NCBI GenBank assembly: GCA_019244185.1
Contig: JAFATB010000002.1
Location: 1 to 64,000, forward strand
Direction: 5' to 3'
DNA: 64,000 nt
DNA from: Acidobacteriota bacterium
GTDB lineage: Bacteria > Acidobacteriota > Thermoanaerobaculia > Gp7-AA8
A program made the position numbers and the translations under genes. A model generated the notes under the pieces. It ran no database searches. It was given only the letters and a program-made list of their open reading frames with translations, and was not told the DNA's origin. Below are positions 1 through 10,150 of this stretch, piece by piece (the stretch's first letter is position 1; each line of letters opens with the position of its first letter).

Positions 1-249
1 GTGGCGAGCGCCGCACGCCTATCCCAGACCGGATCAGAGTTGATTGGCGCGCTCCCGGCACTGGAGCGCGCGATCGAGATGGCAAGTCCGCTCGAGGGGG
101 CGATCGATCGCTTCGGGCGCCTCGTCGACCGGCTGCCTGGAGGGACGGCGCGGCGGACGGCCGCGCAGATCGAGGCCGACGGCGCCGAGATCATCGCGGC
201 GCCCGAGACGCCCGGCCCACCCGCAGAGTCCGGGCAAGTCGGCGGCTGA
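1..249 (+). CDS. Hypothetical protein, C-terminal part (runs off the window start)
   Basis: Open frame to TGA at 247-249; amphipathic helical stretch LPALERAIEMASPLEGAIDRFGRLVDRLPGG and a low-complexity tail. Confidence 0.55.
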   Translation: MASAARLSQTGSELIGALPALERAIEMASPLEGAIDRFGRLVDRLPGGTARRTAAQIEADGAEIIAAPETPGPPAESGQVGG

Positions 250-308
250 TCCCGGCGGGGACCGGGCGCGTCCCGTCGCCCTGTAGGCGCGGCGCCGAAC
301 CGCCGGGC

Positions 309-357
309 TTTACGAATTCTCTACGGGAGCGCGCCGATATTTAGCGGGATCTTGACG
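309..357 (+). promoter_or_regulatory. Putative OmpR/KdpE-type direct-repeat operator upstream of kup
   Basis: TTTACG(309)/TCTACG(320) and TTAGCG(341)/TTGACG(352): two pairs of related hexamers with 11-bp period in an AT-richer intergenic region. Confidence 0.4.
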
Positions 358-385
358 CGGCGCGGTCTAGCGTCGATGACAGTCA

Positions 386-2536
386 ATGAAGCGGATCGGT
401 AGCAGCGTGGACCGCGTCGTTGGCGGTCCCACAGACGGCACAAACGGCGCAAACGGCGCGAACGGCGCCACAAATCACCGCGCCGTCATGCAAGCAGCCG
501 CTCTCACGGGCCAGACTGTCGCGCCAGAGGTTGGGGTTCACCCACCTGTCAAGACCCGCAGCTTCAACGAAGCCGCGCACAAACTCGAGGATTGGCCCAC
601 CCGCCAGCAGGAAGAGGAGCGGGCTCCAAGACCGTCAAAGCTCCCGTTCACGAGCGACGAGAACCGCGACGTCGTTGCCCATGCAGGACGCGCGATCGTG
701 GCTTTGGGTGCCCTGGGGGTCGTCTTCGGGGATATCGGCACCAGCCCCCTCTACACCGAGCAGGTGATTTTCACCTCGAACCGTGCCGCCGCGCAGGCCA
801 CGGTCGCGGGCGTCTATGGAATCGTCTCACTGATCTTCTGGGCGCTGATGATCGTGGTGACGATCAAGTACGCCGGCATCATCATGCGCGCGCACAACCG
901 CGGCGACGGCGGGATCATGGCGCTTACCGCGCTGGTCCAGCGGCGGCGCGTCCCGCGGGCCGCGTTGCTGATCGTGCTGGGGATATTCGGGGCCTCGCTG
1001 TTCTTCGGCGACGGCATGATCACGCCGGCGATCTCGGTGCTCAGCGCGGTCGAAGGTCTCAAAGTCGCGACGCCGCTCTTCACGCCTTACGTCGTCCCGC
1101 TCACGATCGTCGTGCTCATCGGCCTCTTCGCGATCCAAAAGTACGGCACCGCAAAAGTCGGCGCAGCGTTCGGTCCGGTGATGCTGATCTGGTTCACGTC
1201 GATCGCGCTTCTCGGCGTGCCCCACATCATCCGCGAGCCGCACGTGCTCTCCGCGATTCTGCCGACGCACGCCGTGCGTTTTTTTCTCGATAACCGCGTC
1301 ACCGGTTTCCTGGCCCTCGGCTCGGTCTTCCTCGTCGTGACGGGCGGCGAGGCGCTGTACGCGGACATGGGCCACTTCGGCGCGCGGCCGATCCGCATCG
1401 TCTGGTTCAACTTCGTCTTCCCCGCGCTGCTGCTCAACTACTTCGGGCAGGGCGCGTATCTGTTGCACTCGCCGCACGGCGCGGACGAGCCGTTCTTCCG
1501 CATGGCGCCGCAGTGGGCGTTGTATCCGCTCGTCGGACTGGCCACCGCCGCCGCGGTCATCGCGTCGCAGGCCGTCATCTCCGGCGCGTTCTCGCTGACG
1601 CGGCAGGCCGTGCAGCTCGGCTATCTGCCGCGCATCCGCATCCGCCATACGTCCGCGCGCGAGATCGGGCAGATCTACATCACCTCGATCAACTGGATCC
1701 TCATGCTCGCCGCGATCGGCCTCGTGCTCGCGTTCGAGAAGTCGTCGAACCTCGCCGCCGCGTACGGCGTCGCGGTCACGGCAACGATGGCGGTGACGAC
1801 GATGCTGTACGCCGCGTATCGCCGCGAGAAGAAGGGGTGGAACTACGGCCGCGTGGCGCTCTTCGTCGTCCCGCTGCTGACCATCGACCTCGCGTTCTTC
1901 GGCGCGAACGTCGTGAAGGTGCTCGACGGCGGCTGGTTCCCGCTCGCGGTCGGGCTGCTGATCTTCACGCTGATGTCTACGTGGCGCCTCGGCCGCAAGA
2001 TCCTCGCGGACAAGCTCGCGGCGGAATCGATCTCCGTCGATGCGTTCCTCGCCGAGCTCGCGTCCGCGAAGATCCCGCGCGTGAAAGGCACCGCCGTGTT
2101 CATGTCGCGCAATCCCGACGGCGTGCCGACGACGCTGCTGCACAACATCAAACACAACAAGGTCGTGCATCAGCGCGTCGTGCTGATGACCATCGAGACG
2201 GAGGATCGCTCGCATCTCAGCGATGACGAGCGCTTCCAGTGGCTCGACCTCGGCCATGGCGTCTTTCGTCTCATGCTGCACTTCGGGTTCATGGAAGATC
2301 CGAATCTGCCCGCGGTGCTGGAGCGCATCGACCCGAGCGGCCCGATCAAACTGAGCTCGATGGCGACGAGCTACTTCCTCGGGCGCGAGACGCTGATTCC
2401 GACGCGCCGCCGCGGCATGGCCATCTGGCGCGAGCACGTCTTCGCGTGGATGATGCGCAACTCCTCGAGCGCGTCGGTGTTCTTCTCGCTCCCGCCGAAC
2501 CAGGTCATCGAGCTCGGCGCGCAAGTCGAGCTGTGA
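386..2536 (+). CDS. kup: KUP/HAK/KT potassium uptake transporter
   Basis: Motifs GVVFGDIGTSPLY, GDGMITPAISVLSAVEG, TGGEALYADMGHFG, SQAVISGAFS, GQIY, SYFLGRE; many TM segments. Start uncertain because of a long hydrophilic N-terminus. Confidence 0.96.
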   Translation: MKRIGSSVDRVVGGPTDGTNGANGANGATNHRAVMQAAALTGQTVAPEVGVHPPVKTRSFNEAAHKLEDWPTRQQEEERAPRPSKLPFTSDENRDVVAHAGRAIVALGALGVVFGDIGTSPLYTEQVIFTSNRAAAQATVAGVYGIVSLIFWALMIVVTIKYAGIIMRAHNRGDGGIMALTALVQRRRVPRAALLIVLGIFGASLFFGDGMITPAISVLSAVEGLKVATPLFTPYVVPLTIVVLIGLFAIQKYGTAKVGAAFGPVMLIWFTSIALLGVPHIIREPHVLSAILPTHAVRFFLDNRVTGFLALGSVFLVVTGGEALYADMGHFGARPIRIVWFNFVFPALLLNYFGQGAYLLHSPHGADEPFFRMAPQWALYPLVGLATAAAVIASQAVISGAFSLTRQAVQLGYLPRIRIRHTSAREIGQIYITSINWILMLAAIGLVLAFEKSSNLAAAYGVAVTATMAVTTMLYAAYRREKKGWNYGRVALFVVPLLTIDLAFFGANVVKVLDGGWFPLAVGLLIFTLMSTWRLGRKILADKLAAESISVDAFLAELASAKIPRVKGTAVFMSRNPDGVPTTLLHNIKHNKVVHQRVVLMTIETEDRSHLSDDERFQWLDLGHGVFRLMLHFGFMEDPNLPAVLERIDPSGPIKLSSMATSYFLGRETLIPTRRRGMAIWREHVFAWMMRNSSSASVFFSLPPNQVIELGAQVEL

Positions 2537-3048
2537 CGACGCGCTTCGACCCCGCCACGCGCGACGAGCTCGCGTGGATCGCCGAGCTCGAGGCGACGCA
2601 CTACGCGGAGCTCGCGATTCCGCACGCGCGGATCGAAGAGTGGTTCGACGCAAATCCGCGCGGCTTCTTCGTGTTGCGCGACGGCGAGACGCGCGTCGGC
2701 CACGCGACGTTCCTTCCGATCCGCCGCGCGTCGATGCAGCAGTTGCTCGACGGGACGATCGGCGAGAGCGCATTGCGCGCCGACGATCTGTTCGCGCCGC
2801 AGGAAGCGGAAGACATCCGCGACGTCTACCTCGAAAGCATCGTCGCGGAAGGTCGCTTTGGCGAGTTCACCGCCGCGCTGCGCACGCTCATCGCGAGCTT
2901 CGCGCCGCGCGCGGAGATGCTGTACGCGTTTCCCGGCACGCCGCGCGGCAAACGCGCGCTGGCGCGCCTCGGACTGCGCGCGATAGACCGCACTGCGTCG
3001 AGCGCGCATCCGCAGATGCACGGGATGCGCATCGCGGATGTGCCCTGA
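2533..3048 (+). CDS. Hypothetical protein, possible GNAT-like fold
   Basis: GTG overlaps the kup stop (GTGA); pattern WFDANPRGFFVL...VGHATFLPI...VYLESIV...GKRALARLGL resembles GNAT strands. Confidence 0.6.
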   Translation: MTTRFDPATRDELAWIAELEATHYAELAIPHARIEEWFDANPRGFFVLRDGETRVGHATFLPIRRASMQQLLDGTIGESALRADDLFAPQEAEDIRDVYLESIVAEGRFGEFTAALRTLIASFAPRAEMLYAFPGTPRGKRALARLGLRAIDRTASSAHPQMHGMRIADVP

Positions 3049-3049
3049 A

Positions 3050-4249
3050 TTAACCTTGCCGCACGCCGCCCGGTCCCGGCAGCTCCAGCACCAGGCGATA
3101 CGCCGTCACCTCGTGCGACGGATTGTTCATCACGCCGGCGGTGCCCATGTAGAGCAGCCGGAAGAGGCGATAGATCTCTTCGCCCGCCTGCGCCACGACC
3201 TTGTCGCGGTTCTCGACCCAGCGCGTATGACCGTTGCGCGCCCAGAGGTAATAGTTGTGGCGATCGTTGTAGACGCCGACGAGCTGAATCGGCGACTTGT
3301 CGATCGCGGCCATCAGCTCCGGCATGTACGTCATGCGGAACGTGCCCGGCCAGACGTACTTCGTGATGAAGCTCGACGTGCCGAACGGCACCTTGCCCGA
3401 CGCGAAGTCGAGATACATGCGGCCGCCCGGCTTCACGAGCTCGGAGAAACGCTGCATCACGCGCGGATAGTCGGAGAGATCTTCGATCACGCCCATGCAC
3501 GAGATCGCGTCGAAGCGCTTGCCGGGCTGGAACGTGAAGAAGTCCTGATAGTGCGCCGACGCGTCGAGGCCGTAGCGCTCGATCACGCCGCGCGTGAATC
3601 CGAGCTGGTCTTTCGACAGCGTGATGCCGGTGACGCGCGCGCCGCGCGTGGCGCAGTAGCGCGTCATGCCGCCCCAGCCGCATCCGACTTCGAGCAGCTC
3701 CTGGCCCGGTTGCAGGCGCAGCTGATCCCACGCGAACTCGTACTTGCGCCGCGAGCTCTCTTCGAGCGTGTCGTCGTCGGAGAGATACACGCCCGGCGTG
3801 TACGCGAAGTAATCCTGATCGAGCGCGAGCAGCTGCACGTTGCCGGAGTCGTAGTGCTTCGCGATCCATTCGGGGTTGAGCTTCTCGCGTCCGAGAATGA
3901 GAGGCTGGAGGCGGCGCCAGAGCTTGAGCCAGACGTTGCGGTCGGAGAGGAGATCGCGCAGCCACATCGCTTTCACGACGTCGCCTTCGAGATCGAGATC
4001 GCCGCGTACATACGCGTCGGCGATGCGCAGCTCGGAGATCGACTGCAGGGCGCGCAGGCCGTTCTGATTGCGGATGAAGAGATCGAACTCCGGCGCGCCG
4101 TCGCCGATCAGCGTGGTCGTACCGTCCGGCGCGTGCACGCGAAACGCGCACGGAAGCTTGCCGCCGCGGGCGAGCATGCGGGAGAGCCAGCTGCCGATGT
4201 CACCGGTGGCGCCACCGGCGGTGGAGAGGGACGTGTGCGTTTCCGACAT
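3050..4249 (-). CDS. Cyclopropane-fatty-acyl-phospholipid synthase family SAM methyltransferase
   Basis: IAKHYD, LEVGCGWGG SAM motif, GITLSKDQ, FITKYVWPG; GGAGG RBS upstream. Confidence 0.9.
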   Translation of the reverse strand: MSETHTSLSTAGGATGDIGSWLSRMLARGGKLPCAFRVHAPDGTTTLIGDGAPEFDLFIRNQNGLRALQSISELRIADAYVRGDLDLEGDVVKAMWLRDLLSDRNVWLKLWRRLQPLILGREKLNPEWIAKHYDSGNVQLLALDQDYFAYTPGVYLSDDDTLEESSRRKYEFAWDQLRLQPGQELLEVGCGWGGMTRYCATRGARVTGITLSKDQLGFTRGVIERYGLDASAHYQDFFTFQPGKRFDAISCMGVIEDLSDYPRVMQRFSELVKPGGRMYLDFASGKVPFGTSSFITKYVWPGTFRMTYMPELMAAIDKSPIQLVGVYNDRHNYYLWARNGHTRWVENRDKVVAQAGEEIYRLFRLLYMGTAGVMNNPSHEVTAYRLVLELPGPGGVRQG

Positions 4250-4337
4250 CGCAACCTCCTCGGATTGTTTTTTGTGGCGGGCAGTTTAACCTTCTTTCCG
4301 TACCGACGCGCGACCGAACAGCCGTTATGCTTGTGGC

Positions 4338-5867
4338 GTGTCGTCCGGGTCGTCCATCCCCGAGTCACCGACAGAGTCTTACTGGTCCGCATCACCCGAC
4401 TTCCGCGCGCTCTGCCGCCGGAAGCTCGATGCGGATGCGTTTGCCTGGGCGGAACCGCAGCTCGCCGCGATGGGCGAGCGCGCCGCGAAGGAAGTCGCGC
4501 CGCTCGCCGCCGTCGCCGACCGCGAACGCCCGCGCCTCGTGACGCACGATCCGCGCGGAGAGCGCATCTGCCGCGTCGAGTATCACCCCGCCTATCGCGA
4601 GATGGAGCGCATCGCCTACGGCTCCGGCATGATCGCGATGAAGTACACGACGCACGACTTCTCGCATGCGTCGACCGTCACCGGCTTCGCCCTCGGCTAT
4701 CTCTTCGCGATGGCGGAAGCGGGACTCTATTGCCCGCTCTGCATGACCGACGGCGTCGCGCGCGTGCTCACGCGCCACGGCACGCACGAGCAGGTGATGC
4801 ACGTCGTCCCGCATCTCACGTCGAGCGATCCGGCGACGCTGTGGACCGGCGGCATGTTCCTCACCGAGCGCGCGGGTGGTTCCGACGTCGGCGCGAACGA
4901 GACGATCGCGACGAAGCAGAGCGACGGCACGTGGCGCCTCAACGGCCACAAGTGGTTCTGCTCGAACGTCGACGCGCAGGCGGTGCTCGTCACGGCGCGC
5001 GTCGACGGAGGAGGCGAGGGGACGCGCGGACTGCGCACGTTCCTCGTGCTCACGCGCGACAATCCCGGCTTCTCCATCGAGCGGCTGAAGGAGAAGCTCG
5101 GCGTGCGCTCGATGGCGACGGGCGAGGTCACGCTGCGCGACGCGCCGGCGGAGGAAGTGGGCGGCTTCGGCGCGATGACGGACATGCTCAACCTCTCGCG
5201 GCTCTACAACGCCGTCGCGGCCTGCGGCGTCATCGGCCGCGCGGTGTACGAGTCGCGGCACTACATCGAACGCCGGCAGGTGTTCGGACGTCCGGTCATC
5301 GAGTGGCCGCTGGCGCAGGAGACGTTCTTCGATCTCGAGGCGGAGCACATCGCGGCGCTGCTGCTGACGTTCGAGACGATCGAGGCATTGCAGCGCGCGG
5401 ACGCGGGCGACGCGTCGTGCGCGCGGCTGCTGCGGCTGCTCACGCCGATCGCGAAAGGGGTGACGGGGAAGCTCGCGGTGCCATGCGTCTCCGAGGCGAT
5501 GGAGCTCGTCGGAGGAAACGGCTACATCGAAGAGAGTCCGCTGCCGCGCCTGTTGCGCGACGCGCAGGTGCTGCCGATCTGGGAAGGAACGACGAACATT
5601 CTCGTGCTCGACGCGCTACGCGTGATGCACAAGGACGGCACGCACGAGATGCTGTTCGCCCGCATCCGCAAGCATTTCCCGCGCGAGACGGACGCGCTCG
5701 CGTACACGTTCGCGATGCTCGACGAAGGCGACGCGCGCGGCTGGATCGATCGCCTCGCGCGGCTCTTTCAACTCACGCTGCTCGTCGAGGCGGAGCACGG
5801 CGAATACGCGGACCGCCTGGTCTCGCGTCCGCTCGGTCTCGTGCCCGGCGCGAGGGTCTGGACGTGA
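4338..5867 (+). CDS. Acyl-CoA dehydrogenase (AidB-like)
   Basis: CPLCMTDG, GMFLTERAGGSDV, LNGHKWFCS, RLKEKLG, GGNGYIEE, PIWEGTTN. Confidence 0.92.
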   Translation: MSSGSSIPESPTESYWSASPDFRALCRRKLDADAFAWAEPQLAAMGERAAKEVAPLAAVADRERPRLVTHDPRGERICRVEYHPAYREMERIAYGSGMIAMKYTTHDFSHASTVTGFALGYLFAMAEAGLYCPLCMTDGVARVLTRHGTHEQVMHVVPHLTSSDPATLWTGGMFLTERAGGSDVGANETIATKQSDGTWRLNGHKWFCSNVDAQAVLVTARVDGGGEGTRGLRTFLVLTRDNPGFSIERLKEKLGVRSMATGEVTLRDAPAEEVGGFGAMTDMLNLSRLYNAVAACGVIGRAVYESRHYIERRQVFGRPVIEWPLAQETFFDLEAEHIAALLLTFETIEALQRADAGDASCARLLRLLTPIAKGVTGKLAVPCVSEAMELVGGNGYIEESPLPRLLRDAQVLPIWEGTTNILVLDALRVMHKDGTHEMLFARIRKHFPRETDALAYTFAMLDEGDARGWIDRLARLFQLTLLVEAEHGEYADRLVSRPLGLVPGARVWT

Positions 5868-6901
5868 GCGTCGCGCCGCGCGTCTCCGTGGTCATGCCGG
5901 TGTTCAACGGCGAGCGCTTCATTGCGGACGCGATCGAAAGCGTGCTCGCGCAGGACTACGCCGATTTCGAGCTGATCATCGTCGACGACGGCTCGACGGA
6001 CGCCACGCCCGACATCCTCTGGCGCTACGCCGCGCGCGACGCACGCGTCGTGCTCGTGCGCTGCGTCGAGAACGGCGGCATTCCGCGCGCGCTGAACCTC
6101 GGCATCGCCCACGCGCGCGGCATCTACATAGCGCGGCAGGACGCGGACGATCTCTCGATGCCGGGACGCTTCCGCAAGCAGGTGACGGTGCTCGACGCCG
6201 ATCCCGACGCGACGCTCGTGGCCATGAACTACGAGATCATCGACGAGCGGAGTCAGCGCGTCGGCGCGATCCGCACCGCGGAGCCGCCGGAAGTCGTCGC
6301 GTACCTGCTGCACTTCAGCAACGCGATCGGCGGCCACAGTCAGGTGATGTACCGCGCGGATCGCGTGCGCGCCGCCGGCGGCTACGACGAGGCGTTCCCG
6401 TATTCGCAGGACTACGAGCTCTGGACGCGGCTCATCGGCCGCGGACGCATCGTGATGCTGCCGGAGGTCGGGATGCGCTACCGGCTGCATCCCGGCCGCG
6501 TGAGCGTGACGCACGCGAGCGAGCAGTCGACGCTCTCGCGCGCGGTGACGGCGCGCATCCTCGCGCAGGCGCTCGCGCGCGAGCTGACGGACGAGGAAGC
6601 GCTCGCGATCCACGGCGTCTGGCGCCACGATCCGCGCTCCGATCGCGCCGCGCTCGCGCATCGCGTCACGCGCGAGGTCTATCGCCGCTTTCGCGAGCAG
6701 TGCCGCTCGCGCATGCATCGTCTGCGCGCGCGTCTCGTCGTGGCGACGCGCTTCGCCACCACCGGCGTGAAAGCCGCCTCACGCGGACGTTTCCTCGCCG
6801 CCGCCCATCACCTCGGCTATTCGCTGCTGTGGCATCCGCTCGGCATCGTGCGCACGGCCGGGCTGCTCGTGCGGCGGCTGCGCGGCTTGCAGGGAACCTA
6901 G
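5864..6901 (+). CDS. Glycosyltransferase family 2
   Basis: VSVVMPVFN, IIVDDGSTD, ARQDADD, QDYELW; GTG start overlaps the upstream stop. The upstream part of ORF 3038..6901 is spurious. Confidence 0.92.
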   Translation: MSVAPRVSVVMPVFNGERFIADAIESVLAQDYADFELIIVDDGSTDATPDILWRYAARDARVVLVRCVENGGIPRALNLGIAHARGIYIARQDADDLSMPGRFRKQVTVLDADPDATLVAMNYEIIDERSQRVGAIRTAEPPEVVAYLLHFSNAIGGHSQVMYRADRVRAAGGYDEAFPYSQDYELWTRLIGRGRIVMLPEVGMRYRLHPGRVSVTHASEQSTLSRAVTARILAQALARELTDEEALAIHGVWRHDPRSDRAALAHRVTREVYRRFREQCRSRMHRLRARLVVATRFATTGVKAASRGRFLAAAHHLGYSLLWHPLGIVRTAGLLVRRLRGLQGT

Positions 6902-7548
6902 GCGCCGAACAGCGTCAGCCCGCGCGCCTGCGTCTCCGCGAGCAGATCGAGAAAGCGTCCGCGCGGAATCTCGCGCGCGCCGAGCGCTTCCATGTGCGGC
7001 GTCATCACCTGACAGTCGAGGAACGTGCCGCCGCGCGCGCGAAGGTGCTCGACGAGAAACAGCAGCGCGAGCTTCGACGCGTCCTCGCGGAGGTGGAACA
7101 TGCTCTCGCCCGTGAACACGCCGCCCGCGTCGACGCCGTACAAGCCGCCGACGAGCGTGCCGCCGGCCCACGCCTCGATGCTGTGCGCGTCGCCCGCGTC
7201 GTACAAACGCGTGTACGCGGCGATGATGCTCGAGCCGATCCACGTGCCGTCCTGATCGGGACGATCAACGGCGGCGCACGCGGCAATGACGGCGCGGAAA
7301 TCGCGGTCGATGGTGAAGGTGTACGGCGCGCGATTCGCCGCCTTGCGCAACGTGCGGCCGACGTGCAGCTCGTCGAAGAAGATCACCGTGCGCTGGCGCG
7401 GCGAGAACCACGGCAGCGGCAGTTCGTCATGCGGCCACGGGAAGATCCCCTTCCGATACGCCTCGCGCAGCGTCGACACACGCAGATCCTCGCCGAGCGC
7501 GACGACGTCGGAGGAGGCGTAACGCGGGTCGGGGAAGATGGCGGTCAA
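6898..7548 (-). CDS. aat: Leucyl/phenylalanyl-tRNA--protein transferase
   Basis: AYRKGIFPW, WFSP, AHSIEAW, LVGGLYGV, FTGESMF, DASK, LDCQ; directly downstream of clpA. Confidence 0.95.
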   Translation of the reverse strand: MTAIFPDPRYASSDVVALGEDLRVSTLREAYRKGIFPWPHDELPLPWFSPRQRTVIFFDELHVGRTLRKAANRAPYTFTIDRDFRAVIAACAAVDRPDQDGTWIGSSIIAAYTRLYDAGDAHSIEAWAGGTLVGGLYGVDAGGVFTGESMFHLREDASKLALLFLVEHLRARGGTFLDCQVMTPHMEALGAREIPRGRFLDLLAETQARGLTLFGA

Positions 7549-7551
7549 GTG

Positions 7552-9780
7552 TCAGTACAGCAGGTGCAGCTCGCCGCCCTCCGCGTCGACCGTCACGCTT
7601 CCACCGTTCGCGAGCTTGCCGAAGAGGATCTCGTCGACGAGCGGCTCCTTGATCTTCGAGGAGATGACCCGCGCCATCGGACGCGCGCCGAACGCGCGGT
7701 CGTAGCCGTGCGTGGCGAGCCACGCGCGTCCCGCCTCGCGCAGCTCGATCGTGACGTTCTTGGCGACGAGCTGTGCGCGGAGCTCGTCGATGAACTTGTC
7801 GACCACGTGCTCGATCACTTCGAAGCTGAGCGGCTCGAAGGCGATCCACGCGTCGAGGCGGTTGCGGAACTCGGGCGCGAACGTGCGCTCGATCGCGCCG
7901 CGTCCACGTCCGGTCGCGCCCGACGGCATGAAGCCGGGGGAAGCGTCGGTCAGCTCGCGGCCGCCGGCGTTCGTGGTCATGATCAGGATCACGTTGCGGA
8001 AGTCGGCCTTCTTGCCGTTGTTGTCGGTGAGCGTGGCGTGATCCATCACTTGCAGCAGGATCGAGAAGAGATTCGGATGCGCCTTCTCGATCTCGTCGAG
8101 CACGAGCACCGCGTACGGCGTGCGGATGATCGCGTCGGTGAGGAGGCCGCCCTGATCGAAGCCGACGTAGCCCGGAGGCGCGCCGATGAGGCGCGACACG
8201 GTGTGCGGCTCCATGTACTCGCTCATGTCGAAGCGGATGAACTCCACGCCGAGGGACTGCGCGAGCTGCTTCGCGAGCTCGGTCTTGCCGACGCCGGTGG
8301 GGCCGGAGAAGAGAAACGAGCCGATCGGCTTCTCGGGATTGCCGAGGCCGGAGCGGCCGAGCTTGATCGCGCTGACGATCTGCTTGATGGCGTGGTCCTG
8401 GCCGTAGATCACGCGGCGCAGGTCTTCGTCGAGATGCTGCAGCCGCTCTTTCTCGGAGACAGCGATGGTGCGCGGCGGAATCTTGGCCATGCGCGCGACG
8501 ACGGTCTCGACTTCGGGGACGTCGATGACTTCCGCGGCGGCGTTCGCGTCCGTGCGCAGCATGCGCTTGCGCGCACCCGCCTCGTCGAGCACGTCGATGG
8601 CCTTGTCGGGCAGATGGCGATCGTGGATGTACTTCGCGGAGAGCTCGGCCGCGAGACGCAGCGCGTCGTCGGTGAAGGTGACGTGGTGGTGCGTCTCGTA
8701 GTAGCCCTTGAGTCCCGTCAGGATCTCGACGGTCTCGTCGATGGTGGGCTCGCCGATCTCGATCTTCTGGAAGCGGCGCGCGAGCGCGCGGTCGCGCTCG
8801 AACGATTGTTTGTATTCGGCGTATGTCGTCGAGCCGATGACGCGCAGCTTGCCCGACGCAATCGCGGGCTTCAGCAGGTTCGAGGCGTCCATCGTGCCGC
8901 CGCTCACCGCGCCGGCGCCGACGATCGTGTGGATCTCGTCGATGAACAGGATCGCGTCTTTCTTCTCGACCAGCGCGCTGATGACGGCTTTCAGACGCTG
9001 CTCGAACTCGCCGCGGTACTTCGTTCCCGCGAGCACGGCGCCCATGTCGAGCGACCACACTTCGGCATCTTTGAGCACCGGCGGCACATCGTGCTGCTGA
9101 ATCTTGAGCGCGAGTCCTTCGGCGATGGCGGTCTTGCCGACGCCCGGCTCGCCGACGTAAAGCGGGTTGTTCTTGCGGCGGCGGCAGAGGATCTGGATCG
9201 TGCGCTCGAGTTCCAGCGAACGCCCGATCACGGGATCGATCTCGCCGTTCTTCGCGCGTTCGAGCAGGTTGACGGCGAAGCTCTTCAGCGGATCGCCGGA
9301 GACGCGTTCGCCTTCTTCGTCCGGCGCGGCGAAGGCCGGCTCGGCCGATTTGCGGGTGATGCCGTGCGAGAGATAGTTCAGCACGTCGAGCTTGTGGATG
9401 CCCTGCGCGCGCAGGAAGAAGACCGCGCGCGACTGCTCGGCCTGATAGACGGCGGCGAGCATCTGCGGCGTGTCGAGCTCCTTGCGTCCCGCGCTCTGCG
9501 CGTGCAGTTGCGCGTACTGGATGACGCGCTGGAGCATCGACGTCAGCACCGGCTCGACCGGCGCGTCGTCGGATAGCTGCTCGTACGTTTCGTTCATGAA
9601 CGCGTCGAGCTGCGTCTTCAGCACCTCGACGTCGCCGCCGCACGCGCGGATGACCTCCGCGACGTCGCGGTCGTGCAGCAACGCAAAGAGGAGATGTTCG
9701 AGCGTGACGTACTCGTGCCGCCGCTTCACCGCCTCGTTGACGGCAAATTCAAACGATGCCTGCAGAGACTTTCCGATCAC
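7552..9780 (-). CDS. clpA: ATP-dependent Clp protease ATP-binding subunit ClpA
   Basis: HEYVTLEHLL N-domain; two AAA modules (GEPGVGKT, GPTGVGKT); RFDMSEY; no ClpB middle domain; GTG overlaps the clpS stop. Confidence 0.96.
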   Translation of the reverse strand: MIGKSLQASFEFAVNEAVKRRHEYVTLEHLLFALLHDRDVAEVIRACGGDVEVLKTQLDAFMNETYEQLSDDAPVEPVLTSMLQRVIQYAQLHAQSAGRKELDTPQMLAAVYQAEQSRAVFFLRAQGIHKLDVLNYLSHGITRKSAEPAFAAPDEEGERVSGDPLKSFAVNLLERAKNGEIDPVIGRSLELERTIQILCRRRKNNPLYVGEPGVGKTAIAEGLALKIQQHDVPPVLKDAEVWSLDMGAVLAGTKYRGEFEQRLKAVISALVEKKDAILFIDEIHTIVGAGAVSGGTMDASNLLKPAIASGKLRVIGSTTYAEYKQSFERDRALARRFQKIEIGEPTIDETVEILTGLKGYYETHHHVTFTDDALRLAAELSAKYIHDRHLPDKAIDVLDEAGARKRMLRTDANAAAEVIDVPEVETVVARMAKIPPRTIAVSEKERLQHLDEDLRRVIYGQDHAIKQIVSAIKLGRSGLGNPEKPIGSFLFSGPTGVGKTELAKQLAQSLGVEFIRFDMSEYMEPHTVSRLIGAPPGYVGFDQGGLLTDAIIRTPYAVLVLDEIEKAHPNLFSILLQVMDHATLTDNNGKKADFRNVILIMTTNAGGRELTDASPGFMPSGATGRGRGAIERTFAPEFRNRLDAWIAFEPLSFEVIEHVVDKFIDELRAQLVAKNVTIELREAGRAWLATHGYDRAFGARPMARVISSKIKEPLVDEILFGKLANGGSVTVDAEGGELHLLY

Positions 9781-10091
9781 GCTTTCTCCATCGTAATCAA
9801 CAACGGATACTCCTGCTCCCGCGCCAGCGCGGTGGCGCGCTCGACTTTCGTCTCGGCGATCTCGAACGTGTAGATCCCGGCCACGCCCGTGCCGCGGAGA
9901 TGCACGTTGAGCATCACCTGGATGGCTTGCTCCTCCGGCATGTTGAACACGGTCTCGAGGACCCACACCACGAACTCCATCGTGGTGAAGTCGTCGTTGT
10001 GGAGGAGGACTTTGTACAGAGGCGGTTCTTCGACCTTCTCCCGGCTCTCCGCGAGCGTGGCGGCATCGAAGTCCGACTGAGGCGGCAGCAT
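9777..10091 (-). CDS. clpS: Clp protease adaptor ClpS
   Basis: PPLYKVLLHNDDFTTMEFVV...MLNVH...AETK...YPL, 104 aa. Confidence 0.96.
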   Translation of the reverse strand: MLPPQSDFDAATLAESREKVEEPPLYKVLLHNDDFTTMEFVVWVLETVFNMPEEQAIQVMLNVHLRGTGVAGIYTFEIAETKVERATALAREQEYPLLITMEKA

Positions 10092-10150
10092 TCGAGCGGA
10101 GAACGCGAAACGCGTGCGCGAAATGCCGCGGCGACGCCGTCCGCGGGCGC

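Noticed and set aside
250-385. c-di-AMP (ydaO) riboswitch upstream of kup
   Set aside because: Only scattered short resemblances (GTAGG, CCGAACC); the conserved core elements are not recognisable.
434-475. 9-nt tandem repeat (ACGGCGCAA-like) in the kup 5' region
   Set aside because: Short in-frame low-complexity repeat (GTN-GAN-GAN) in a disordered extension; no sign of function.
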